A DNA stretch of 58,867 nucleotides from a virus. Lineage: Duplodnaviria; Caudoviricetes. Both the position numbers and the translations under genes were made by a program. The stretch lies in IMG/VR virus record IMGVR_UViG_3300034062_004791, positions 1-58,867 of that record; one strand, given 5' to 3'. Every line of letters begins with the position of its first letter. The first letter of the stretch is position 1. The notes beneath the pieces are model-generated. The model was not told the origin of the DNA. It saw only the letters and a list, made by a program, of their open reading frames with translations, and made no database searches. Shown here in pieces: positions 48,310 through 57,728 of the stretch.

Positions 48310-48980
48310 AACTCCTTGATTACACCAGATTCTACATTATAAAGAGACAACGGAGCCAGAGAATCGCTCCCACATCCAGAATCAAGAACGATGGATTGGT
48401 CTCCAATAAAAACCGTATGATAATGACCGGCTACCCGGACGTATTCTTGGTTTTCATTCTGGGCCTCCCACCACTTGACTCGGATATTATCCCGGTCGGT
48501 TTTTCCGTAAATAAATACGTCCCTGTACCTACGATTAAGGTCACTCCTAAAAACAAAATTTGATTCTGTTTTTAGACTATTCGGGAAGTATGCATGGGCA
48601 ATTCGGTATTCCTTGCCCCTACTATCCTTCATAATCGCCCCATAAGGAAAAGACGAAAGAAGATCAAACAGGGCTTTTTTATCAATGTTGTTCTCCTCAA
48701 ATTCCTTGATTGTGACATCTAGGCCATTATTTTGAGAGACATTGTTTCCTTTTAGATAACGAACTAGCTTGTCCTGGTGATTAGAATGCATACAAACGTG
48801 ACCATTTTTTACACACTTTTCCACCAGATTAAGAACCCCAATGGAGTCACTGTATCCAATCTTGCTATCAAAAATATCTCCAAGAAAGATAATCTGGAGA
48901 TTTTGGGACTCGGCATAATCAACTGCACTTTGCAGTCTTTGGGACTGAGAGTGAATATCAGAAATAAAACAGAAAGACAT
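48306..48980 (-). CDS. Metallophosphoesterase (Pnkp/ApaH-like phosphatase)
   Basis: SDIH, LGDIFD, SNH, AGHYH and LDSGC motifs. Confidence 0.88.
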   Translation of the reverse strand: MSFCFISDIHSQSQRLQSAVDYAESQNLQIIFLGDIFDSKIGYSDSIGVLNLVEKCVKNGHVCMHSNHQDKLVRYLKGNNVSQNNGLDVTIKEFEENNIDKKALFDLLSSFPYGAIMKDSRGKEYRIAHAYFPNSLKTESNFVFRSDLNRRYRDVFIYGKTDRDNIRVKWWEAQNENQEYVRVAGHYHTVFIGDQSIVLDSGCGSDSLAPLSLYNVESGVIKEF

Positions 48981-49057
48981 TAAAAACCTCGGTTAACTTT
49001 TTAAGTTTAGCCGAGGTTATGGTTTTATTGGGTTAGGGTGTGACAGTTAGGAGATTG

Positions 49058-49420
49058 TCACCAGTCGGTTTCGGATTCCAGATCGTCAATTGCGGTGAAA
49101 ATCTGGTCGCGGAACTCGTTGAGTTTTGCGTCAACGGCTGGCGCACGGACTGACCATTGCGAAATCCAACTGATCATTTCATTAACCCCCTCACGGGCAC
49201 GATCAGCAGCGGTAGGCTCGACTTCCTCTTCAGGAACATCGGCCTCAAGATCATCAACAAAGAAGAATCGTGAATAAAAGGAACATTCTTTTACATTCCC
49301 CATTGTTGTTTGTACCCAGCGTTCAAGATTCGCATCATAAGCCAGCACTTTAGAAGAAGTGGTGCGAGCGGTAAAATCGTAATCAGAGCGGTTGAAAATT
49401 TGATAATTCATAAAAAGCAT
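49058..49420 (-). CDS. Hypothetical protein
   Basis: Single-gene module between promoter boxes at 49040-49061 and 49478-49500. Confidence 0.75.
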   Translation of the reverse strand: MLFMNYQIFNRSDYDFTARTTSSKVLAYDANLERWVQTTMGNVKECSFYSRFFFVDDLEADVPEEEVEPTAADRAREGVNEMISWISQWSVRAPAVDAKLNEFRDQIFTAIDDLESETDW

Positions 49421-49469
49421 CCTTTAGTAATTTGGACAATGATAATGTAGCACGTTTAAAGGCCAGTGG

Positions 49470-49949
49470 TCAATTTAGTGGACAGTTAAAGGACCGTCCA
49501 TCGGCCACTTGAGAGAAACCCTCCGAAACGCATGGCCTACTATAAGAGCCATGCATCGACTCTAGCACATGAATGGGGACAGTTTTTGTTCTGTCTGAGT
49601 TGTGATTTCTTTTTAACATTTCTTCTTTGGTTATTTCAAAATAAACAGCAATCTTCTCATAATGATCTGGAATCATTTTGAGTTTTCTTTTCCTAACTTT
49701 TGGGGTCAGGTGAGTCTGATCACAAATAATGTTTTGATCATTTTTGACCGCATGTTCAAGTTGTTGAAGCATTAATGAGATTGCCTCGGTTATGTATTCA
49801 CTAAAGATCGCATCGTATGTCGAGTTGATATTCTCAGCATAATTTTCGATTATGTTGTCAGAAGAGATGACAATGTATCCTGGGTGCGTTTTGACCCAGG
49901 AAGATTTTCCAGATGTTGGAACACCGCATAAAAGAATTGCTTTAGGCAT
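49470..49949 (-). CDS. P-loop kinase (polynucleotide kinase/AAA_33-like)
   Basis: LLCGVPTSGKSS, ISSD and ICDQTHL...R motifs. Confidence 0.9.
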   Translation of the reverse strand: MPKAILLCGVPTSGKSSWVKTHPGYIVISSDNIIENYAENINSTYDAIFSEYITEAISLMLQQLEHAVKNDQNIICDQTHLTPKVRKRKLKMIPDHYEKIAVYFEITKEEMLKRNHNSDRTKTVPIHVLESMHGSYSRPCVSEGFSQVADGRSFNCPLN

Positions 49950-51276
49950 CTTGAGATTCCAAATCTACATAATTTTCATCATCTAGTTGTTTAGTTTCCC
50001 ATTCAAGAAATTTGAATGATTTGAGTTTATAAATCTCAGAATCAAAAATGTCTTTCCTTAGGCAAATTCCTTCATCTGGAACGGGTTTTTTCTGAGATAC
50101 ACATAGGTCACAATCTTTCTCCAAATAATCGCCAATAAGACACTGAAGAAAATTCTCGTGCCAATGGTCATTTACAGAAAGATCTGGATAAAGATCCTTG
50201 GCCTTTCCATAATAAAGTTCAGGAACCATTGTGAGTCCAAACTGTTCACAATATTCCTTCACCTGATTATGGGAGAATTCATAAACTTGACCAGACTGGT
50301 TTGTTGTGGTGATTCGGTAAATATAGGTCTTAAATGTGCCCGGTTCACAACCATAATCATATCCATTTTGGATGTAACCACCGGTTTTTAGATACCCAGT
50401 GGCTTCTCCATAAAGGGTAATAGAATCTTGAATTGCGTATTCTACTGATTTGGCAATTTCTTCCCAGAGATCATAAGAATAAAAATGATCCTTATTTCCT
50501 ACTTCAAGATAGCCGTTTTTCAGGACCCTTCTTGATGCCCAAAGCAAATCATACTCAGTGTCAACAATTTTTACACCAAACTTTTTAAGCAACTTTTCTT
50601 GCCAGGTCAGCCTTTTATTACACAGAAGTCTGGCCGCAACCCATGAGGTTCCATGAAGTTTTCGGGTAATTGCAATATAATCGTTTGGCGAAATATTGTG
50701 AATGGATTTTTTTAGTTGAATGGTATCATAATGAAACCTGAATTGTTGATCAACAACTTTAGGCTCACGAACAACTTTCTTCTGATTTTTCTTCTCCTTA
50801 TTTTGCTTCTTAAGAGAAACAGGATTTACATACTTCTCGCAAACGAGAATATCACCATAAGAATCAAATTCTGTTCCGACCAGATCCTCTTTAAAATCAA
50901 CACTCTTTCCGGTCTTTTCTTCTAGCCAATTGCAGAATTTATCAAACGGCAGGGCATAACCCATAGAAGGCACTGATCTCAATTTTACAGCCCTCACTCT
51001 TCCCTTAGAATTGAAAAATCCAGCTACTTCCTTATTATCATTTAGAGTTTTATCAGAAAAAGAATTGCCCCATGAGAGGAACTCTTTATTGATAGCACAC
51101 TCTAGCGGAAAGTAAACATAAACGTCTCCTTCCTTTGCGTCCAATGAAACAATAACAGAATTCCCTTGGATAACTGCAATCTGAAGCCTATCGGCATTAG
51201 GGTGAGGGGCAATATTATCCAGTCGGACAATCTGTGACAAATAATTTGGGTTGGCTTTTTCTGAAATCTTAAACAT
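49942..51276 (-). CDS. RNA ligase (Rnl2/DRB0094-like, with N-terminal OB domain)
   Basis: PHPNADRL OB motif; TRKLHGTS (motif I), LYGE, DEGICL and KLKS. Confidence 0.88.
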   Translation of the reverse strand: MFKISEKANPNYLSQIVRLDNIAPHPNADRLQIAVIQGNSVIVSLDAKEGDVYVYFPLECAINKEFLSWGNSFSDKTLNDNKEVAGFFNSKGRVRAVKLRSVPSMGYALPFDKFCNWLEEKTGKSVDFKEDLVGTEFDSYGDILVCEKYVNPVSLKKQNKEKKNQKKVVREPKVVDQQFRFHYDTIQLKKSIHNISPNDYIAITRKLHGTSWVAARLLCNKRLTWQEKLLKKFGVKIVDTEYDLLWASRRVLKNGYLEVGNKDHFYSYDLWEEIAKSVEYAIQDSITLYGEATGYLKTGGYIQNGYDYGCEPGTFKTYIYRITTTNQSGQVYEFSHNQVKEYCEQFGLTMVPELYYGKAKDLYPDLSVNDHWHENFLQCLIGDYLEKDCDLCVSQKKPVPDEGICLRKDIFDSEIYKLKSFKFLEWETKQLDDENYVDLESQDA

Positions 51277-51354
51277 GACAAAACTCTAAGGGCAAATGAA
51301 CCATAAAACGTTTTTAGACAGAATAGTATAAAAAGTAGACAGTTTAAAAATTGT

Positions 51355-52587
51355 CTACTTACTAATTTCCTGAGACACTGTTTCTCCCAGGGTAAAACTT
51401 TTGTAAATGACCGTTTCTACTGCTTCCGCAACTTTCTTTGAATAAGAATCAAAAACTGGCAATACAATCAGACCATAAGGCTTTACATAATTCCTATAAT
51501 CACATGCACGCAATTCACCAGATACAATTCGATCTGAATCGTTTTTATGAAGACGAATTACACGACCAACAGTTTGGACCATATCAATAATAGACATATT
51601 CCTTAGGAAGATTACTGAATCAAGACCAACCACATTGATTCCTTCTCCTAGGATACTGTAATTGAGCACCACAAATTTCTTTTCTTCATCATTACCCCAC
51701 TCGTTAAGGGTCTTGAAGAAGTCGGCTCTTTTGACCTCTTTCCCATCAATATAACACCCATGTTGTGAGGTAATATGCATAAGACTATAATCTCTTTCTT
51801 TTAGTTGTTCTGCAAAATCAGTTTCACTGATCAATGAAATAATTGATTTAGTAGACTTTGCGGCAATAAGAACCTTGGATGCATTTTCTTCATCAAGGGT
51901 CTTTAGGATCAGGTTACAATTACGTTCATCAATATTCTCACTATTTTCTACTTCTTTTTTTACAACCAATGGTGGAATAACAAAACCCTGGTCTACCATT
52001 TGGGTCATTGGGACACTACAAAGAATTTCACCATAGACTTCTTTGATATTCATTCCTGGTTTTTTATCAGGAATAAGGGAGTTTTTAGGGGTAGCCGTAA
52101 AGAAGTATTTTTTGTTTGCAGACTTGACTGCGTCTTCAATATGGGGAAAGAAGTTTTTCTTTACCGAGTTGTGACATTCATCAAAATTGTATGTATCAAC
52201 CTTAATTCCAGATTCGATTACTTTCTTTAGGGAATTATAAGAAGTAAAGATTAGTTTATGGTGGTCTTTATGGATATTATGCCATTCTTTAAGATTTTGT
52301 GGATCAGTTGTTCTATAATGTTTGAATTTAGATCCAGAATGAATATGAATAAACTTTGCATTAGTAATAAACTTCTCATATTCTTGAGACAGTTGAGAAA
52401 CAAGAAGAAGTCTTGGTGCAACAACACAAACAGTCTGAGGAATAGATGATTCAAACTGTTTAATTGTATTTTGAATAAAAATAATAGACTTACCAGCACC
52501 TGTTCCTAGGATAATTGAACCATTATCATTATGATGCATCTGATGCAATGCGTCTTGTTGATGTGGTCTGAGAATAATAGGAGTCAT
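51355..52587 (-). CDS. SF2 DExH helicase
   Basis: LRPHQ, GTGAGKS, FDECH, FTATP, GEGIN and QTVGRVIR motifs. Confidence 0.92.
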   Translation of the reverse strand: MTPIILRPHQQDALHQMHHNDNGSIILGTGAGKSIIFIQNTIKQFESSIPQTVCVVAPRLLLVSQLSQEYEKFITNAKFIHIHSGSKFKHYRTTDPQNLKEWHNIHKDHHKLIFTSYNSLKKVIESGIKVDTYNFDECHNSVKKNFFPHIEDAVKSANKKYFFTATPKNSLIPDKKPGMNIKEVYGEILCSVPMTQMVDQGFVIPPLVVKKEVENSENIDERNCNLILKTLDEENASKVLIAAKSTKSIISLISETDFAEQLKERDYSLMHITSQHGCYIDGKEVKRADFFKTLNEWGNDEEKKFVVLNYSILGEGINVVGLDSVIFLRNMSIIDMVQTVGRVIRLHKNDSDRIVSGELRACDYRNYVKPYGLIVLPVFDSYSKKVAEAVETVIYKSFTLGETVSQEISK

Positions 52588-52714
52588 TTGGTAGTGTTAT
52601 TATTTTATTATTGTAGTGGGTATTTATGAGATTTAATGAGATAGTAGACAGTTTTATAAGTGTCTATATTAGTTATTAATTAATATATAATGTATTCACT
52701 AAACCGACAAACCG

Positions 52715-52809
52715 ATCCTAGACCCTTTCTCAGAAAAAGTCAAGTACCTATAAGACAATCGGGAAATTGTCACAAGACACTTGACAAATTTGAATTTATG
52801 TTGTAATCT
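52715..52809. promoter_or_regulatory. Divergent sigma70-like promoter pair flanking a palindromic box
   Basis: Minus strand: TTGACT-17-TAGGAT (52743-52715). Plus strand: TTGACA-17-TAATCT (52781-52809). Box gacaat-N6-attgtcac lies between them. Confidence 0.55.
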
Positions 52810-52820
52810 GGTCCAGATTC

Positions 52821-54659
52821 TCAAACAGTATCAAAAAAGAACATTTGCCATAATCTTGCATTTTCCATCACAGTACCAAAGTATTGAGAAGCACTATGAA
52901 TACAACTGGCATCAAAAATCACAAGACGATTATAAACATTCCCTAAAACGTCTACTGGTTCAAATGGAGTGCCGTCTAAATGACAATCTCCAGGAATATC
53001 TTTCCAAGAAGCATCCCATCCTTCTTCAAAATAATTTCTTGCTCTTGTTTTTTTATGAGCATAAAGAGTAGTACCACACTGATAAGGAGCACCAGGAGTT
53101 AGATACAACATTCCACCCCATTTCTGACTATCACAATGATAAACTAATGGTTCTCCCGACCAAGCAACCTGAAATCTTCCGTTCATTCCATGACTTTCCC
53201 ATTCAGTAATTTTTCTACCCATAATCTCTTCAAAACGTTCTTTGAGACCTGGAAATAAAAACTGTTGTTCTGTCCTTCTCCCAATAAATCCTCTCCCAAA
53301 ACCACCTTCCATATAATCTTGTTCTAGAGCAAACTTTCTGACTTCATCTGGTTTTTCATAAAAGTTGTCTACAATCCAAGAGGTTGATTTTTGGTTATTA
53401 TTTACTGAAAAAAAATTAAAAGACTGTTCGGTATCACTTAATATATAATCCCTAACATTGTGAATACCATCTTTGACAGATTTCATTCTTTCTATGATAC
53501 TTTTATCTATTAAATCAGGATGAGCCCACCAGTCTTCAAAATTTGATTTACCCTCAGGTGAAATATCATTTGCAATTAAAATATAACCTTTACTCAATAG
53601 AAACTCTCTTGATTTTTCTCGGTAAGATTTAGTAACATCCACATAATAATCGTGCTCATAAGTAATAACTGCAAATTTATACTCATTAAAAGGTATTTTT
53701 AACATACATTCATAAGTATTTTTTGCTGGTTCAATATCTAATTGTAAATAATCAATTACATCACTTTCAAAGTTTTCCTTTAAAAGTTTTTTATAATCAA
53801 TTGTAAGGGCATTGTCATGTAATAATTTTGAACTTCTATTATTTCTATAGTTTTCAATAAACTTCTCATTATATTCAATAGAAACACCAGACCACCCAAA
53901 ACTTTTTTCAAGTAATGCAGTATTATTTCCCTTAAAAGGGTCTGCTCCACCTATTTCTAGAAATGTTCCATTTTTTTTTCCATTTGTCATAGAAAGAATA
54001 AACATATCTTGAAATACTTGGGAATAATTTCTTTCTATAGAAGAAGAACCAGGAAACTTATATCTTAATTTTGAGTGGTCTTCTTTTTTATATGGCTGAA
54101 ATGATATAGATTCTGGTCCACTACCAAGACTAGTAATATTCTGTTCTACTGAATTTTTATGAGACTCGTCTAATTTATCCCAATAATTATCAACCAATTT
54201 ACGAAAAAGTTCCCTTGATTCCATTCCTTTTCCCCACCACCATCCAGCAACTGCCTTCTGGAAAAGTAGTAAATGATCCCCACTATATTCAGAAATTATA
54301 CTTTCTTGATTAGAATATTGAATTCCTAAATTTGCATATGTATATGCACTTTGCCATTCTTGGTTTCTTTCATAAAGTAATGAAAGAAAATAGTATGCTT
54401 CTGGTCTTTGTGGCATTAAATTTAATGCATTTTCAAGAATAACTTTCTCTGTCACATCTCTTGAACCTTGTGCTCTATAACAAAATGACGACCTAATAAG
54501 TGCTCTATATGCTAATAAATCATCTTTAGACCTTTCTGCCGCTCTTAAGTAATAGCTATGTGCTGGGGCATATTGTTGTTGTTTTTCGTACCACTCGGCA
54601 AGTTTATAATTCTTTTCCGCATTTTCTGTATCTACTGAAAATTCATTTAATTCATTCAT
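52821..54659 (-). CDS. Fusion of TPR, FkbM-type methyltransferase and 2OG-Fe(II) oxygenase-like domains
   Basis: PQRPEAYYFLS TPR; FLEIGGAD...IDYLQLDIE..ITYEH; IVDNFY..PD, YHCD and YNRLVIFDA..IHSA..R. Confidence 0.85.
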   Translation of the reverse strand: MNELNEFSVDTENAEKNYKLAEWYEKQQQYAPAHSYYLRAAERSKDDLLAYRALIRSSFCYRAQGSRDVTEKVILENALNLMPQRPEAYYFLSLLYERNQEWQSAYTYANLGIQYSNQESIISEYSGDHLLLFQKAVAGWWWGKGMESRELFRKLVDNYWDKLDESHKNSVEQNITSLGSGPESISFQPYKKEDHSKLRYKFPGSSSIERNYSQVFQDMFILSMTNGKKNGTFLEIGGADPFKGNNTALLEKSFGWSGVSIEYNEKFIENYRNNRSSKLLHDNALTIDYKKLLKENFESDVIDYLQLDIEPAKNTYECMLKIPFNEYKFAVITYEHDYYVDVTKSYREKSREFLLSKGYILIANDISPEGKSNFEDWWAHPDLIDKSIIERMKSVKDGIHNVRDYILSDTEQSFNFFSVNNNQKSTSWIVDNFYEKPDEVRKFALEQDYMEGGFGRGFIGRRTEQQFLFPGLKERFEEIMGRKITEWESHGMNGRFQVAWSGEPLVYHCDSQKWGGMLYLTPGAPYQCGTTLYAHKKTRARNYFEEGWDASWKDIPGDCHLDGTPFEPVDVLGNVYNRLVIFDASCIHSASQYFGTVMENARLWQMFFFDTV

Positions 54660-55626
54660 TGATAAAATCCTCCACTACATTTTTAGAAACTTTTAAAATA
54701 TATGCTGCATTATCCTGAACACCAAAACTAATCAGAAAATCATTTTGGTGTTCTACCATTCCACAACAAAATTCAATTTTCATATTCATAAACGAAAATA
54801 ATTTTGATATTTTTTGAAGCCTAAATTCCTTATCCCAAATGACAAAACGATGGCGGTATGTTGCATCTTTTCTTCCTTGCTCGGAGTTATATAAATGTGT
54901 TTCATGAAGAAGCGATATATATCCATTTTTATATGGAATAACCTGAGAACCTCCCCTCAAATCATTTTCTAACCGAATATAAGGACTTGTTTCAAAAACT
55001 TCTGTTTCTTTTCCATTTATATTAAATTTCATTAGTGCAGTGGGGTTAGACCACTTAAGAAGATGAAATGGTTTATCTAAAATCGGAGTGCAATTTTTCA
55101 TGCAATACTCATTATCTGGAAGTGGCCCAGGAATACGATAACGAAAAACTTCTTTAACTGAAGAATCAGAAATCTTAAATTCACTGATTTCCATTCTACC
55201 AGTTCCTTTATTATCTAAGTCTCTACGAACACCTATACCATAAAGTTTATTATTCCACTCTACAAGACGAACATCCTCCAGACCTACAAAATCCCACTGT
55301 GGTTGATAAGTATCAAAGTCTGAAGTATCTATTTTTGAATAGTGAACTGTATCTAGATTATCATCTAGTTCTGCAATATAATTCGTAGTCCTCAAGTGCA
55401 TATCATTTTCGGGATGAATGTAGGATAATGGACCCCACATATGCTCAAACCGATTAAGTTCTGCATGATATAATGTATAATTTATATTACGAAGATTAAC
55501 TAATATTTTATTTTGGTAAATGAAGACTGAGGGATTTGTAATTGATGGCCCTGAAAGGTCTTCTGGTCTTATAAGCAAAGGTTTTATAATTCCCTTATTT
55601 TCTAAAGCAAGTTTTACAAAGTTCAT
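54652..55626 (-). CDS. Beta-propeller glycosidase/phosphorylase-like protein (GH130-like)
   Basis: NPSV, GLEDVRL, KN, RGGSQ, IEFCCG and SFGVQD motifs; late promoters at ~55669 and ~55684. Confidence 0.75.
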   Translation of the reverse strand: MNFVKLALENKGIIKPLLIRPEDLSGPSITNPSVFIYQNKILVNLRNINYTLYHAELNRFEHMWGPLSYIHPENDMHLRTTNYIAELDDNLDTVHYSKIDTSDFDTYQPQWDFVGLEDVRLVEWNNKLYGIGVRRDLDNKGTGRMEISEFKISDSSVKEVFRYRIPGPLPDNEYCMKNCTPILDKPFHLLKWSNPTALMKFNINGKETEVFETSPYIRLENDLRGGSQVIPYKNGYISLLHETHLYNSEQGRKDATYRHRFVIWDKEFRLQKISKLFSFMNMKIEFCCGMVEHQNDFLISFGVQDNAAYILKVSKNVVEDFINE

Positions 55627-55705
55627 TAAATTTCAGTAATAATTTAATCAGGAAACTCTTTCCTTTGGTTATTTATAACAGAATATTTAGTGGATTAATT
55701 GGCGT

Positions 55706-55963
55706 TTATCTGATATCTGGATTTGGAGTATTATAATCTGGATTTGGAGTTCCGTCTACTAAAAATCTGGGTTGTATGACTCCTTCAAAGTATGGCCCCA
55801 CTTTATATATTTTGGCCCTCTGTCTTACCGTTTCAATAATACTTTCCGTAAAATATTCTTCTGGACTAGTAGCAGAAGTAGCACCAGCAACGGAAACAAT
55901 CCAATACTCCGCAATTAACGCCGGTATCAACTCATCTGGTAATTCAAAAGAAAACTGTGCCAC
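55706..55963 (-). CDS. Small protein downstream of the fibre gene (possible fibre chaperone)
   Basis: GTG start with a perfect AAGGAGGT RBS. Confidence 0.7.
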   Translation of the reverse strand: MAQFSFELPDELIPALIAEYWIVSVAGATSATSPEEYFTESIIETVRQRAKIYKVGPYFEGVIQPRFLVDGTPNPDYNTPNPDIR

Positions 55964-55978
55964 AATAGATAACCTCCT

Positions 55979-57727
55979 TTAACTAATAGTAGATTTTAAA
56001 ACTGCAAAACGAATTACTAAAGCCTGAGAAAGCGCACCAGCAGTAACATTACGAACAGCTATTGATGCTGAGCCAGATGAACATGAGGCATTGAGTGTAT
56101 ATGAGCCTAAAGTTCCAACTGACCCCATATTTAAAATCAATAGGTCTGTTTCCCCAATCTTATTATTAGTTAGTGTAAATGTAACTGTAGTATTTGCGGC
56201 AAGTGATGCACCATTCATTGTAATTGAACCACAAAGAGTATTTAATGTTACTCCAGTACTTTTATTAGTAGTTTGAGTAACTTCACCACCAGCCCCAGTT
56301 CCATATCCAAAAGAACCTCCAATACTCAATTGCCCACCAAAGGGTAAAATTGAAACAGTACCATCAGCATCAACATCAATACTAGGAATACCAGAAACAT
56401 CATTCACAGAAAAAATAGAACCACTGGTAAGATTATTCGTAATTCTAAATAATTGACCAGAAGATGCTTCCCAAGACAGAGTTCCACTGTCTAAATTGTC
56501 ATAATGCATATTTTTAATAATAGTTCCAATTCCAACCGTCCCAATTCCAGAAACATTTCCAGTATATGTAAGAGAGCTAGAACCAGTAGCTACATTGGAT
56601 GAGTTTTTATAGATAATTTGATTTGCACTACCTTCCACTGGTCCAGTAATACCTTGAATACCTTGAGTTCCGGTAGTACCTTGAGTACCTGTGGTTCCTT
56701 GAGTACCTGTAGTACCTTGAGTTCCTGTAGTTCCCTGGCTTCCTTGAGTACCTGTAGTACCTTGAGTACCTGTAGTACCTTGAGTTCCTGTAGTTCCCTG
56801 AGTTCCTGTGGTTCCTTGAGTACCTGTAGTACCTTGAGTTCCTGTAGTTCCCTGAGTTCCTGTGGTTCCTTGAGTACCTGTAGTGCCTTGAGTACCAGTT
56901 AATCCTTGTCTACCTTGGATTCCTTGAATACCTTGAGTTCCGGTAGTACCTTGAGTTCCGGTAGTACCTTGAGTTCCTGTGGTTCCTTGAGTACCTTGAG
57001 TTCCTGTGGTTCCTTGAGTACCTGTAGTACCTTGAGTTCCTGTGGTTCCTTGAGTACCTGTAGTACCCTGAGTTCCGATAGTACCCTGAGTACCAGTTAA
57101 TCCTTGTCTACCTTGGATTCCTTGAATACCTTGAGTTCCTGTAGTACCCTGAGTTCCGGTAGTACCTTGAGTTCCTTGAGTTCCTGTGGTTCCTTGAGTA
57201 CCTGTAGTACCCTGAGTTCCGATAGTACCCTGAGTACCAGTTAATCCTTGTCTACCTTGGATTCCTTGAATACCTTGAGTTCCTGTAGTACCCTGAGTTC
57301 CGGTAGTACCTTGAGTTCCTTGAATTCCCTGAACTCCTTGGATACCTTGAAGTGCTGCTGTTGCAATTGCTTCCCACTTGATGCCAGAACCAGTAGATAG
57401 TAATACTGATGTTGCAGTTCCTACATTATTACTACTATCTTTTAAAGCACCAACAACTTTAATATAACTATCTGTTTGTCCTAAACTTACTGTCTTATTT
57501 GTAAGACCTCTTATTTCACCATCCTGCTCAAAAATAATATCTACATTATTAACACCATCACCAATAAAAATATCTCTACTTGTATCACCTAAAGTTAAAT
57601 CGCCACCAGGATTTGCGATATTAAGATTACCATTATCATCTAATTGAATAGTAGCACTTGATATACCAATGTTACCTTGAAAATCCACTAGGCCCGAGGC
57701 AGGCGTTATGATTACATCTTTGGGCAT
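55979..57727 (-). CDS. Collagen-like tail/whisker fibre protein
   Basis: Long uninterrupted G-X-Y (GTQ/GTT/GIQ) tract; SIFSVNDVSGIPSI motif; beta-rich C-terminus. Confidence 0.9.
   Translation of the reverse strand: MPKDVIITPASGLVDFQGNIGISSATIQLDDNGNLNIANPGGDLTLGDTSRDIFIGDGVNNVDIIFEQDGEIRGLTNKTVSLGQTDSYIKVVGALKDSSNNVGTATSVLLSTGSGIKWEAIATAALQGIQGVQGIQGTQGTTGTQGTTGTQGIQGIQGRQGLTGTQGTIGTQGTTGTQGTTGTQGTQGTTGTQGTTGTQGIQGIQGRQGLTGTQGTIGTQGTTGTQGTTGTQGTTGTQGTTGTQGTQGTTGTQGTTGTQGTTGTQGIQGIQGRQGLTGTQGTTGTQGTTGTQGTTGTQGTTGTQGTTGTQGTTGTQGTTGTQGTTGTQGSQGTTGTQGTTGTQGTTGTQGTTGTQGIQGITGPVEGSANQIIYKNSSNVATGSSSLTYTGNVSGIGTVGIGTIIKNMHYDNLDSGTLSWEASSGQLFRITNNLTSGSIFSVNDVSGIPSIDVDADGTVSILPFGGQLSIGGSFGYGTGAGGEVTQTTNKSTGVTLNTLCGSITMNGASLAANTTVTFTLTNNKIGETDLLILNMGSVGTLGSYTLNASCSSGSASIAVRNVTAGALSQALVIRFAVLKSTIS
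56645..57350. repeat. 9/18-bp tandem repeats encoding the collagen tract
   Basis: Units such as accttgagt and tcctgtagt; a GIQGIQGRQGLT block recurs three times. Confidence 0.9.
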
Positions 57728-57728
57728 T

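Noticed and set aside
315-51357. Genome-wide TAG reassignment
   Set aside because: TAG is a real stop before terminators or promoter boxes at 315, 4906, 10867, 13524, 14979 and 51355, and long genes are not fragmented.
267-52773. Dispersed repeats as a CRISPR array or IS ends
   Set aside because: Copies are degenerate, separated by gene-sized intervals and tied to -10 boxes; no cas or transposase genes are present.
267-52773. Palindrome as an NtcA site
   Set aside because: It does not match GTA-N8-TAC in sequence or spacing.
56618-57100. Ser/Cys-rich repeat ORFs on the plus strand
   Set aside because: Reverse-frame products of the collagen tandem repeats.
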